DNA of 64,000 nt from Vulcanimicrobiota bacterium (GTDB lineage Bacteria; Vulcanimicrobiota; Xenobia; Xenobiales; JADMJV01): NCBI GenBank assembly GCA_050250895.1, contig JBFWNU010000003.1, positions 299,292 through 363,291 of the forward strand. The letters run 5' to 3'. This document shows positions 1 to 14,164 of this stretch, in pieces (the stretch's first letter is position 1; each line of letters begins with the position of its first letter). A program made the translations under genes and the position numbers. The notes below the pieces were generated by a model. It saw nothing but the letters and a program-made list of their open reading frames with translations, had not been told where the DNA came from and did not search any database.

Positions 1-1
1 T

Positions 2-535
2 CCCAAATGGAAACCCGATGTGGTTCTCATGGATGTGCGTCTGCCGGGCATGAACGGTCTGGAAGTGATGCGTCGCCTCAAAGAGCAGATGCGGGATCTC
101 CACATCATCTTGATCACCGTTTCCGATAGCGACCTCTACCTGGTCGAGGCACTGCGGTGGGGGGCCAGTGGTTACCTCTCGAAGGACTCGTCCAAGGAGC
201 TGATCAGCCACGCCGTCAAAGCCGCCGTGCAGGGTGGTACCACGCTGGCTCAGCCCCTGGTGGACAAAGGCTTCGGCGCCATCGCGCGCTCGGCCGTCAA
301 CCTGGGCAAGCCCAAGGATGACGAATCGCTGCCGTCGCTGGTCGAACTCACCCCCCGTGAACTCGACGTGCTGCGCCTGGTCTCGGAAGGAAAAACCAAC
401 CGCACCATCGCCGGCGAGTTGAGTCTGGCCGAGGTGACGGTCAAAAAGCACGTCCAGTCGATCCTCAGCAAGCTGGGAGTCCGCGACCGGACCCAGGCGG
501 CTCTGCGGGGGGTTCGTCTGGCCTTGATCGATTAG
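2..535 (+). CDS. NarL/LuxR-family response regulator (5' end outside window)
   Basis: Frame open from window edge (PKWKPDVVLMDVRLPGMNG receiver motif); C-terminal LTPRELDVL...TVKKHVQSILSKLGV LuxR HTH. Confidence 0.95.
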   Translation, partial: PKWKPDVVLMDVRLPGMNGLEVMRRLKEQMRDLHIILITVSDSDLYLVEALRWGASGYLSKDSSKELISHAVKAAVQGGTTLAQPLVDKGFGAIARSAVNLGKPKDDESLPSLVELTPRELDVLRLVSEGKTNRTIAGELSLAEVTVKKHVQSILSKLGVRDRTQAALRGVRLALID

Positions 536-643
536 CACGACCCAGGCTCTTCGGTATCCGAGTGGATGGGCGGGTCGGATACCCGCGGGGCACCTTCGAC
601 TCCCCTGGCGCTGCTAAGCTAGAGCCAGAAAGGGAGGAACATC

Positions 644-1243
644 GTGCGCTACATCATCGACCTGGTTGCTCTAGTAGGCTTGACTCTGGTGCTGGGGGCC
701 GCGCGGCCCCAGCAGTTGCTGGGAGTCAGCCACAACGGCTCGGCCGGTTTACGGGCCGGCGACTTCTTGCAAGTCGACTACCACGGCAAGCCCGGACGGC
801 TCGTTTCATTCGGTTTGCCCGGCATCGCCGATGGCTGGTTGATGGAAGAGATCGAACCCGGCGTCTATCGAGGCTCGGTGATGATTCTGCCGTCGTTTGG
901 GCGTTATCACTCTGCCCTGCAAGTGCGGGTCAGTCGAGGCCACGAATCCTCCGAGGTGTTCGAATCCGAACGTCCGGTCGTTCTGTTACCCCCCGACTCG
1001 CAGCGGCAGGTCTTTCTCCATCAGACTCCGGACGGACTGCGCCTGGCTTTCGACACCACGGTCTTGATCAATACGCTCGACGTGCGGCTGGATGGTCAGC
1101 CGTTGGGCAACGACTATCGGCCCACCAATAACTACTTTGAAGTAGCTCTTCCAGGCGGACTCAAAGGCTCGCATAAGCTGGAGGTATCGGTCACCACCCT
1201 CGACGATCGCCGCCTCAGCCTGGAGCGATCATTCATTCAGTAA
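644..1243 (+). CDS. Exported hypothetical protein (beta-rich)
   Basis: GGAGG RBS upstream, N-terminal hydrophobic signal, 199 aa. Confidence 0.7.
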   Translation: MRYIIDLVALVGLTLVLGAARPQQLLGVSHNGSAGLRAGDFLQVDYHGKPGRLVSFGLPGIADGWLMEEIEPGVYRGSVMILPSFGRYHSALQVRVSRGHESSEVFESERPVVLLPPDSQRQVFLHQTPDGLRLAFDTTVLINTLDVRLDGQPLGNDYRPTNNYFEVALPGGLKGSHKLEVSVTTLDDRRLSLERSFIQ

Positions 1244-1290
1244 CGGCTGGGGACGAAGGATTCATTTTGGATTGGGTCAATAGAGCCCCC

Positions 1291-5883
<4,593 letters not shown>

Positions 5884-5901
<18 letters not shown>

Positions 5902-6813
5902 GGCGTCTTGCAGGGCTCGATGGCGGCGCGAGATGATGCGCACGTAGTCGCGGGTCTCTTGGTAGGGTGGCACGCCGCGATAGCGGCTGACCGCGCCGGG
6001 GCCAGCATTATAGGCCGCCAGGGCCAGGCGTTGCTTGCCGCCAAAGCGACGCATCTGCTGGCTGAGGTAGCGAGCGGCGCCACGTAGATTCTGTTCGTCG
6101 TCGCGAGGGTTGACCCCGAGTTCTCGAGCCGTCTCGGGCATCAGCTGGCCGTAACCCAGCGCGCCCACGGGCGAAACGGCGTCGGCGCGAAAGGCCGACT
6201 CGGTAGCTACCAGCGAGGCCAGGAGTTCAGGCTCGAGTGAATTCTCGCGAGCCGTGTCGCAAATCATCGCGGCCAGCTCCATCGACTGGTCGGGCGACAG
6301 ACCTCCATTGAACTGCCGAATGTAGGCGCCCAGCACGGTGAGTTCGCGCTCGTCGCCAAGGGCGACCAAATTCTGGCTACGAAACGCCTGGGCGAGGTCG
6401 CGCCCGGGACGAGTGGCCACGGCCACGCGAGACAGGGAAATGGCGGTCAGGCTGTGGTCGAATTCGCGACGGGTCAAGACCATCACTTCACAGCCGGGCT
6501 CGAGCCAGGAAGCATCCTGGCTGGACGGCGAGATCTCCATGAGGTGTTCGCCAGCCTGGACGAAGAGTTTGCCCTTGCGGCGGCTGAGCAGGGTGCCTCG
6601 GATATTGGCGACCTCACCGACATTGTCGCCGATGGGTGGGGGAGCTATCGGCCTTAGTCCGCGAGGCTTCGGCTCTTCGGCCTCGACCGGAGCTTCGGTG
6701 ACAATGGACTCAGAGACGACCACTGGCTGATTGAGCGTCGTCGGGGTGTGGGGCTTCGTGAAGAAGAATAGCGCGGATAGGGAGGCGATCCCAAGATACA
6801 ATCCCGCTCGCAT
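5884..6813 (-). CDS. Lytic transglycosylase (SLT domain), membrane anchored
   Basis: [36 protein letters not shown] motifs. Confidence 0.93.
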
Positions 6814-6864
6814 TGAGAGACTCCGTGTTTAGTTGTCAGCACCCTGTCTCGGCCATGTAAGCAC

Positions 6865-6890
6865 AAAAAAAGGGGTCTGACAACCCCTTT
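6865..6890 (-). terminator. Probable intrinsic terminator after the 6912-7265 gene
   Basis: GGGGT/ACCCC stem with an A7 run (U-tract on the minus strand). Confidence 0.55.
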
Positions 6891-6906
6891 GTAAACATTT
6901 TGTAAA
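6890..6906 (-). promoter_or_regulatory. TTTACA-N5-TTTACA direct repeat, OmpR/PhoP-type site candidate
   Basis: TGTAAA at 6890 and 6901 (11-bp period), upstream of the SLT gene. Confidence 0.4.
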
Positions 6907-6911
6907 CAGGC

Positions 6912-7265
6912 TTAGCCGCCGACATAGTTCGTCGAGCCGGCCGTCCTCTCTCTGGTTGGCATCGGCGCCAGTCGGCGAGCGTGCATCTTGCCATCCAGAT
7001 AGCGGGTAACGGTAACGTCCACCATGCGTCCACGCAGGCGGGTGCGTGGCATACCCATCAGGTCCTCACCGTAGCTCACGGTGATTCGCTTCGAGCCGTC
7101 AACCAGAACGGTCATGGAGTCTTGGTCGGGGTCCACCGACAGCACGCGACCTCGAATGTGATCGAGGCCGCGATGTCGGGCCACGGTCGCGCCCATAGCA
7201 GCGATATATAGAAAGCCCCCGAGCAGGAGCACGATAGCGATGGTATTGCGTGTTCTCTTCTTCAT
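6912..7265 (-). CDS. Small membrane-anchored hypothetical protein (OB-fold-like)
   Basis: MKKRTRNTIAIVLLLGG basic plus hydrophobic N-terminus; start trimmed from the 7385 ORF. Confidence 0.7.
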   Translation of the reverse strand: MKKRTRNTIAIVLLLGGFLYIAAMGATVARHRGLDHIRGRVLSVDPDQDSMTVLVDGSKRITVSYGEDLMGMPRTRLRGRMVDVTVTRYLDGKMHARRLAPMPTRERTAGSTNYVGG

Positions 7266-7502
7266 ACTTCCATTGTGGCGCATGGCAGCCGCGGCCCGAG
7301 AGACTCGCCAGGACACTGATGGGGGATTCGCTTGGCGGGCCGGAGGATAGGCTTTTCCACCTATCCCGCCGGATAGGCCCGGCAAATACCGGCGAGGCTC
7401 CAGGGCTGTGTGATCATCGGACTACACTGGGCATGCAATACCCTGTCACCGGTCGCGGCCCGCCCGGGCCGCGACCACTCTCAGGGAGCATCGGGAGGAA
7501 AC

Positions 7503-9719
7503 GTGAAGCGTCGTAAGACTCTGAGTAGGAAGGCCTGGCGGGTCTTGGGCCGCCTGGTCATCGTATTGTTGGTCGCGGTCGGGATCACCGGCATTTTGGC
7601 CGCCCGAACCATCCGTCAGATCTATCGTGATGTGGCCGAGACGCTGCCTCCCCTGACCCGCCTCGAGGAGCCCAGGCTGGCCCAGACCACCAAGCTCTTC
7701 TCGCACGACGGCCAGCTGATCGCTACTCTCTTTCATGAGAACCGCCGTCCGGTCGCGCTCGACGAGGTAGCGCCCTCGATGCTGGCCGCTTTGATGTCTA
7801 TCGAGGACCAGCGTTTCTATCTGCATGACGGAGTCGATCCGATGGGCGTGCTGCGGGCCGCCCTGGCTAACGTGATGCACGGAGGCATCGACCAGGGGGC
7901 CAGCACCTTGACGATGCAGTTGGCTCGACGCCTGTATTTGACCGACGAGCGCTCCTATTGGAGAAAATTCCGGGAGGCGCTGCTGGCCAGGCGGATCGAG
8001 CAAGAGTTCACCAAAGAGCAGATCCTCGAGGCCTATCTCAACGAGGTCTATTTCGGCGAGGGAACCTACGGTGTAGCCGCCGCCTCCAGTCACTACTTCG
8101 GCCTTGCTCCCGACCGGCTGACTCCGGCCCAGAGCGCCATGCTGGCGGGCCTGGTGCAATCCCCCTCGGCCCTGGCCCCGGGCGCCGACCCCGAGGCTTG
8201 CCGTCGCCGCCAACTGTCGGTGCTCGAACGCATGCACGAACTGGGCTATCTCGAGGACGTCGAATACGCCGAGGCGACTCACGAGGCCAAGACGATGAAG
8301 GTGCGCGACACCAAAGCGGTGCAGCCCGTGCTCAAGTATCCCTACTTCACCACCTACGCCATCAAGGAGCTGTCCGAGCAGTTCAGCCAGGCCAAGCTCT
8401 ATGAGTCGGGCTTCAAGATCTATACCACCCTCGATATCGAGCTTCAGCGGATGGCGGAGCATCACCTGACCCAGGTCATCCAGAGCATGGGCCCGGGCTA
8501 CCACGCCGACTCGGCCGCCCTGGTCCTGATCGAAAACGATACCGGCGCTATCCGCGCCATGGTGGGCGGGGTCGGTTGGAGCGACAAGAACCAATTCAAT
8601 CGCGCCTGGCAGGCAGCCCGCCAACCTGGCTCATGCTTTAAGGCCTTTCTCTACACCGCCGCGCTCGAGTCTGGCATGAACCCGGAAGACCTGGTAAAGG
8701 ACACCGCTGTCACCCTTAAATTGACCAACGGCCAGACCTGGAAGCCCCACAACGCCGACGGCAGGAGCCTGGGTGAAATTCCCTTGCGCGAGGCGCTCAA
8801 GCGCTCCCGCAACCTGGTCGCGGCTCGGCTGGTAGCTAAACTCGGTCCCGACCGGGTGGTCGATGTGGCTCACCGATGCGGCGTCGAGAGCGACCTGCCC
8901 ACGGTGCCGGCCGTGGCCCTGGGAGCCGCGGAAGTAACACCGCTCGAGATGGCCCAGGCCTTCTCGACCTTTCCCAACGCCGGCCGCCGCCATCACGCCT
9001 ACGCCGTCGGGCTGGTCGCCAACCAGCAGGGCGAGCCCGTGGCCAACATGGCTAGCCACTGGACCCGGCAAGCCCTGTCACCGATCACCGCCGAACGCAT
9101 GACCGAGATGCTGGCCCGAGTCGTTCGCTCGGGCACCGGCACCGGGGCAGCTATTCCCTATCAGCTGGTGGCTGGCAAGACCGGCACGACCGATAGTTAC
9201 AAGGACGCCTGGTTCGTCGGCTTCACTCCCTACTACACCTGCGCCGTCTGGGTCGGAAACACCGATAATTCGCCCACCTGGGGTGTCTTCGGTGGAGGTC
9301 TGCCGGCCGAGATTTTCCGGCGCGTCATGACCGACGCTCACCGCGACCTGCCCCCGTCCACCTACGCCGGGTTCGGCGAACCCACCAAACTCAAGCTCTG
9401 CAAAAACAGCCATCAACTGGCCTCGCCCGAGTGTGCAGAAACTTACCAGGAGGTCTTCTTTACCTCCACCCGCCCAGACGAACAGTGCGACGAGTGCGGC
9501 CAGACCAGGATGTTCCTCGAGTTCGACTATCCACGGGCCGACACGCCCTATCCAGAGGCGGATCAGCCCGAGCTCGACCAGCAGCCGTCCTGGCCGCAGG
9601 ACACCAGCCAGGATGAGCCTTCCTCCTCCGAGCCGGTAAGTCAGGAGGAAACCGCCGATCCATCGGGATGGGGGTCGCCTAACCAGGAGTACGTTCCGGA
9701 TTCCCCGCCGGTAGAATAG
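7503..9719 (+). CDS. Class A penicillin-binding protein (PBP1A family)
   Basis: EDQRFYLHDGVD and GASTLTMQLAR transglycosylase motifs; SCFK, SRN and KTGT transpeptidase motifs; GGGAGG before GTG 7503. Confidence 0.95.
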   Translation: MKRRKTLSRKAWRVLGRLVIVLLVAVGITGILAARTIRQIYRDVAETLPPLTRLEEPRLAQTTKLFSHDGQLIATLFHENRRPVALDEVAPSMLAALMSIEDQRFYLHDGVDPMGVLRAALANVMHGGIDQGASTLTMQLARRLYLTDERSYWRKFREALLARRIEQEFTKEQILEAYLNEVYFGEGTYGVAAASSHYFGLAPDRLTPAQSAMLAGLVQSPSALAPGADPEACRRRQLSVLERMHELGYLEDVEYAEATHEAKTMKVRDTKAVQPVLKYPYFTTYAIKELSEQFSQAKLYESGFKIYTTLDIELQRMAEHHLTQVIQSMGPGYHADSAALVLIENDTGAIRAMVGGVGWSDKNQFNRAWQAARQPGSCFKAFLYTAALESGMNPEDLVKDTAVTLKLTNGQTWKPHNADGRSLGEIPLREALKRSRNLVAARLVAKLGPDRVVDVAHRCGVESDLPTVPAVALGAAEVTPLEMAQAFSTFPNAGRRHHAYAVGLVANQQGEPVANMASHWTRQALSPITAERMTEMLARVVRSGTGTGAAIPYQLVAGKTGTTDSYKDAWFVGFTPYYTCAVWVGNTDNSPTWGVFGGGLPAEIFRRVMTDAHRDLPPSTYAGFGEPTKLKLCKNSHQLASPECAETYQEVFFTSTRPDEQCDECGQTRMFLEFDYPRADTPYPEADQPELDQQPSWPQDTSQDEPSSSEPVSQEETADPSGWGSPNQEYVPDSPPVE

Positions 9720-9762
9720 GCTGGATATATGACGTCGACCCTCGGGTCGGGAAGGAGAGACT

Positions 9763-10254
9763 ATGTTAAATGTCAGACTAGAAGAACTTAAGGCTAAGCT
9801 AGAGGCCTTACGAGAAGACGAGAAGATCGAGGCCGCTCAGGGGCGACTGCGCCGGGCGGGTCGAAAGACCTCGCGCTTCCTATCCGACAACGCGGCTCCC
9901 CTGGCCCTGATCGTGGCCGGCGCCGGCTGGTTGTTATCCAAACAGAGGACTTCCAACGGGGCGGAGGTGCCCGTGCCCCAAGAGCTCGAGAAACCCGAGT
10001 TTCCGATGACCGGGCTCGACCCCGCTGTGCCCAGCCCTGAAGAGGCCAGGTCCCAAGACCACACCGACGAGCCCTCGGAGTTGTCTCAGAGTGTGAGCCA
10101 GCACTTGATCGAATCGGCTCGTAAACGACCCCTCTTCGCCGGAGCGGCCCTGGTTGCGGCCGGGCTGGGCATCGGTATTGCCCACGAGGCAGCTTCACGG
10201 CACAAAGCTCAGGCGCTTGGCGAGGTACCAGTAGAAGAGTTGATCACACCCTGA
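9763..10254 (+). CDS. Hypothetical membrane protein (ElaB/DUF883-like ends)
   Basis: AGGAG RBS; two hydrophobic Gly/Ala segments, RKRPLFAGAALVAAGLG. Confidence 0.6.
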   Translation: MLNVRLEELKAKLEALREDEKIEAAQGRLRRAGRKTSRFLSDNAAPLALIVAGAGWLLSKQRTSNGAEVPVPQELEKPEFPMTGLDPAVPSPEEARSQDHTDEPSELSQSVSQHLIESARKRPLFAGAALVAAGLGIGIAHEAASRHKAQALGEVPVEELITP

Positions 10255-10321
10255 TCCAACTCACGATGCAGGGAGTTGAGGTGGGGCGTCGAGCCCCGCC
10301 TCGACCGAGGGGGAGGTAGAC

Positions 10322-11623
10322 ATGAATTCATCGGTTCGCTGGCCATCGGCTTTGCTATTTCGCAAGGTAGTGGCCAGTCTCTATTTCTTTCCCACGACCA
10401 TCGTGGGTTTGTCGATCGCGCTCGCGGTCGGCCTGCTGTGGATGGGCCCGTCCCTGGAGGTCTTCCAGGCGCTGGGGACCCGCTGGGGCGGAGACCCCGA
10501 TAGCGCGCGCTCTTTTCTCTCCACCGTCGCGTCCTCCTTGATGGGCATCGCCGGGGTGGCCTTCTCGGTGGTGGTGGTGGCCCTGACCCTGGCCAGCAAC
10601 CAGTTTTGTCCTCGCGTCTTGAGACACTTCGTCGAGGACCGGATCAACCGCGTCTTCTTCGGCCTGTTGTTGGGCAACTTCTCGTATGCGGTCACGGTGC
10701 TGGGCGCCATCTCGGACAAGAGTGAGGAGTTGCCCGGATTGGCTTTGCTAGTCTGCTTTGCGTACGTGCTGCTGACCACCGGCATGTTCATCTATTTCAT
10801 CCATCACCTGGCCTCGGGCTTGCAAATCGACGCCATCGTGCGGGTGGTGGCCCATCAGACCGAAACCCAGATCGACCGCCTCAAACGAAACCAGCGGCTG
10901 CTCGGACCAGCCCTTCCCGCCCCACCAGCGCATCTGGAGCCGGGCCAACAGCAGCACACGGTAGTGGCCGACACCGACGGCTATGTTCAGGCCGTCGACC
11001 TGGAGGAGTTGCTCGAATTGTCGGGCCGTTGGTCCGAGCCCATCCATCTTCTGGTCGGAGATGGCGACTATGTGACCCGTGGCACCCCGCTGCTACAGCC
11101 CCTCAAGCGTTCCCTCGACGAGGGCGAGAAAGAGCGGATTCGGGAAGCGTTCGAACTGGGCCACCAGCGTTATCTCGACGAGGATATCTCCTATGGCTTT
11201 CGCGAGATCGCCGACATCGCCATCAAAGCGATCTCGCCAGCCATCAACGATCCTACCACTGCCTGCTTTTGTCTGGACACGCTGGCCTGTCTGATGCTGC
11301 GCCTGGGCCAGGATGCCTGGCCGCCAGCGTGTCGCGAAGGGGAAGACGGAGCCAGTGTCACTTTGACTCGCAATCGCCCGGAGTTCTATCTCAGGTTGTG
11401 CTGTCTGCAAATCACGCATTTCGCCCAGAACGATCCGATGGTGTTGCTGGGTTTGCTACACTTCCTGGCCCGAGTCAAGCCCGTTGACGAAAGCCAGAGT
11501 TGGACCGATGCCCTCCAGACCCAGATTGACGCGGTGGTCGAGGCAGCCCGCGCCGGCCAGCTCGCGCCCCGCTTAGCGGCCGAGATCGAGTCGATGGCCT
11601 CAGATGTCTTTAGCCATTCTTAA
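10322..11623 (+). CDS. DUF2254-family membrane protein
   Basis: LASNQFCPRVLR, GYVQAVD and DIAIKAISPAINDPTTA motifs. Confidence 0.9.
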   Translation: MNSSVRWPSALLFRKVVASLYFFPTTIVGLSIALAVGLLWMGPSLEVFQALGTRWGGDPDSARSFLSTVASSLMGIAGVAFSVVVVALTLASNQFCPRVLRHFVEDRINRVFFGLLLGNFSYAVTVLGAISDKSEELPGLALLVCFAYVLLTTGMFIYFIHHLASGLQIDAIVRVVAHQTETQIDRLKRNQRLLGPALPAPPAHLEPGQQQHTVVADTDGYVQAVDLEELLELSGRWSEPIHLLVGDGDYVTRGTPLLQPLKRSLDEGEKERIREAFELGHQRYLDEDISYGFREIADIAIKAISPAINDPTTACFCLDTLACLMLRLGQDAWPPACREGEDGASVTLTRNRPEFYLRLCCLQITHFAQNDPMVLLGLLHFLARVKPVDESQSWTDALQTQIDAVVEAARAGQLAPRLAAEIESMASDVFSHS

Positions 11624-11695
11624 GAAAACCGAGAGCAAGCCTTAAGCCCTCCCGGCTAGGATAAGCCCATCAAAAGTTTCGGAGGAAACACACGG

Positions 11696-12253
11696 ATGAA
11701 AACCAGGATTCTTGGCGCCCTTCTCGCCGGCCTTTGCATTCTCGGTGCCCCCGCCTGGGCCAACCGCGGCCACGGTGACAACCTCGAGAGGATGCAAAAG
11801 CACCTCGGCCTGAGCGACGAGCAACTCCAACAGCTCAAGCCTTACGCCGAGAATATGCAACACCGGATTCAAAGCGAGCGGGACGCCTTCAAAGCTACGC
11901 TGACCCAGGAACAGATTGCCAAGTTTGAAGAGGCCAAAAAGAGTCACCGCGGCAAGGGCGAGTGGAAAAAGCACCGCAAAGGCAACGGTGAACAAGCCAA
12001 CGGCGAGCGCCCCAAGCGCGAACGCCCGACCCCCGAGCAGATGGCCCAATGGCGCCAGCAGATGGCCGCCAAGTTCGCTCAGGAATACAACTTGACCGCC
12101 CAGCAGCAGGCTGCCTTCACCCGGATGCAAACCGCTATCCAAGCTGAGCGCCAGGCATTCCGCAGCCAACTGATGTCGGTGCTGACCGCCGAGCAACAGC
12201 AGAAGATGCAAGAGCGCAAACACCGTGGTGGCCGACACCACCAAGAGAGTTAA
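11696..12253 (+). CDS. Spy/CpxP-like periplasmic protein
   Basis: Signal peptide; repeated LSDEQ/LTQEQ/LTAQQ/LTAEQ (LTxxQ) motifs. Confidence 0.8.
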   Translation: MKTRILGALLAGLCILGAPAWANRGHGDNLERMQKHLGLSDEQLQQLKPYAENMQHRIQSERDAFKATLTQEQIAKFEEAKKSHRGKGEWKKHRKGNGEQANGERPKRERPTPEQMAQWRQQMAAKFAQEYNLTAQQQAAFTRMQTAIQAERQAFRSQLMSVLTAEQQQKMQERKHRGGRHHQES

Positions 12254-12287
12254 CTAGCGAAGCCCCCTCCTAACACACCCGATCCCC

Positions 12288-12322
12288 GGCCGGAGCTACC
12301 CAGCTCCGGCCTCTTTTTTTTT
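12288..12322 (+). terminator. Intrinsic terminator
   Basis: GGCCGGAGCT-ACCC-AGCTCCGGCC hairpin followed by a T run. Confidence 0.9.
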
Positions 12323-12349
12323 GGCGGGCAGGCTGGGGATTTTGGCGGT

Positions 12350-12768
12350 GCGGCGCGCGGTCGAAGCACAGGTCGGTGTGGCACGCCAGTGCGGCACCTG
12401 AGAGATAAACCGCGGAGATCAGGAGGGCACGGAGAGGTTGTGGGGGGCGTGGGGTGAGCGTCCTGGCGAATTTATGGGTCAGGGTTTTGCCACCTCGAAC
12501 GGGGTGCTCAAAACGGCGGTGGCTCGGTGGTTGGTGGTTGCCCGATCCCGATGCGCGTCTGTCGTGGCGGCGCGGCGCGTGGTCGAAGCACAGGTCGGTG
12601 TGGCACGCCAGTGGGGCGCCTGAGAAATAAACCGCGGAGATCAGGAGGGCACGGAGAGGGTTGTGGGGGGCGTGGGGTGAGCGTCCTGGCGAATTCATGG
12701 GTTAGGGTTTTGCCACCTCGAACGGGGTGCTCAAAACGGCGGTGGCTTGGTGGCTACCCGATCCCGAT
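12350..12768. repeat. Two-copy direct repeat of about 200 bp, period 222 bp
   Basis: TCGAAGCACAGGTCGGTGTGGCACGCCAGTG at 12361 and 12583; near-identity continues to CCCGATCCCGAT. Confidence 0.9.
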
Positions 12769-12960
12769 CAATATGGAGGCCACTCTCAAGGTAAGCGGGC
12801 CGCGGAGGGGGTATGCGTCACGTCTGCGCTCGACCGGATGAACCGCGGGGGCCGCGGAGTGCCGCGGAGGGGTAGGCGTAAGCTGGAAGCGGGGACGATC
12901 TTGTTTCCGCGGGTGCCAGCCTCGACGGGTGAAGGTGGAAAGTGGGCCGAAGCTAGCTCG

Positions 12961-13377
12961 ATGATTCGGTTGTCTAAGAACGCTACTGATGCCCAGATAG
13001 TGGAGGCCGTTGAGCAGTGGGTTCGTCTATTGGCGGCTGGCGACTATCGGGGCGCTTTCGAGCTTACTGACCATGGGCCCGATGACCACCTGACGCCCGA
13101 GGTGATTCGGACGCTGATTCGCAATTACGGCAGTATCGAGCCAATGAAGGATGGATCAGTCTATCGCGTGACTGAACCTCGAGAGGCCGTCGTGGTAGAC
13201 GTAACGCCTCGGCCTCAAATAGAGAGGTTCTCTGACGGGCCTCCCGACTATCTTGGCTACGTCCACTACGACCTGCCTCTCAACGGCCGGTGGAGCGACC
13301 TGACGGCGGTCTTCACGCTGACTCTCGCCGAGTGCGGGGCTCTCACGCTTGCTCTCGACGAGATTCACGTGCTCTAG
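12961..13377 (+). CDS. Hypothetical protein, 138 aa
   Basis: Globular acidic sequence ending YDLPLNGRWSDLTA...EIHVL; start trimmed from the 12727 ORF, which runs through repeat DNA. Confidence 0.75.
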   Translation: MIRLSKNATDAQIVEAVEQWVRLLAAGDYRGAFELTDHGPDDHLTPEVIRTLIRNYGSIEPMKDGSVYRVTEPREAVVVDVTPRPQIERFSDGPPDYLGYVHYDLPLNGRWSDLTAVFTLTLAECGALTLALDEIHVL

Positions 13378-13387
13378 GCCCGCCCCC

Positions 13388-14164
13388 TTACCGCCGCGTG
13401 GTGAGGTTGAGGGTCGACTCGGTGTGGCTGAGCACCTTGTCGGAGCCGAGCACCACGGTCTGGTCAATGGTGGTGTGGGTGGTTTGTTTAACGGCCACGC
13501 CGGTGGCCAGGTCGACTTGCATCGTCCAATGGACCTTGCCGTTCGACGCGGTGCTGGCCCAGGTGGTGGCTTGCGGCTGGCCGTTGGCGTCGCGAGGGCC
13601 CAGGGCCTGGCTCTCGAGATTGAACTCGAGTTTGGCCTGGCCGCCCTCGACGGCCACCAGGGTGCCGGTTCCCCAGATACGGGTGTGGACCGGCAGGCTC
13701 TGGTTTCCAACCGCAACCACGGCGTGGTTGTTGCCCTCGACCGGCCAGCTCTCGCCGACCGCGACCGAGGTCAGGGGATAGAGCGCGGGCTGGTTGAAGG
13801 AGCTGGCTAGTGCGCCGGGGGTCGAGTTGGCCACCTGTTGCTCGGCGAACTTGGTAATCTGGAAGCCGATGGGCAAGACGGGCAGGACGTTCTCTTGGCC
13901 TGGGCTACTCCAGCGCTTCAACTCGCGTTGCTGGACCACCGCCCCGGTGAGGTCGCGCGAGACGACCCTGTCTTGCCAGGCCAGGTCATACTGTTCGGTC
14001 GAGCTGGTCTGGGCTCCGTCGGGGAAGGTCACCGTGTTCTTGACGGTGAGCGTGCCCGAGGTCGACCAGTCAGATTGCGGTTCGGGTTTGTAGCGCAGTT
14101 GAATTTTGCCGGCCGCCAGCACCGCCGAACAGAGCAGCAGGCACAACAGAATTCTTGTTTTCAT
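13388..14164 (-). CDS. Secreted beta-rich hypothetical protein
   Basis: Signal peptide MKTRILLCLLLCSAVLA; ATGA overlap with the upstream gene. Confidence 0.8.
   Translation of the reverse strand: MKTRILLCLLLCSAVLAAGKIQLRYKPEPQSDWSTSGTLTVKNTVTFPDGAQTSSTEQYDLAWQDRVVSRDLTGAVVQQRELKRWSSPGQENVLPVLPIGFQITKFAEQQVANSTPGALASSFNQPALYPLTSVAVGESWPVEGNNHAVVAVGNQSLPVHTRIWGTGTLVAVEGGQAKLEFNLESQALGPRDANGQPQATTWASTASNGKVHWTMQVDLATGVAVKQTTHTTIDQTVVLGSDKVLSHTESTLNLTTRR

Noticed and set aside
7446-8624. Long antisense ORFs (also 25213-26505, 43857-45056, 56448-57734)
   Set aside because: Shadow frames opposite well-supported genes, as expected in high-GC DNA
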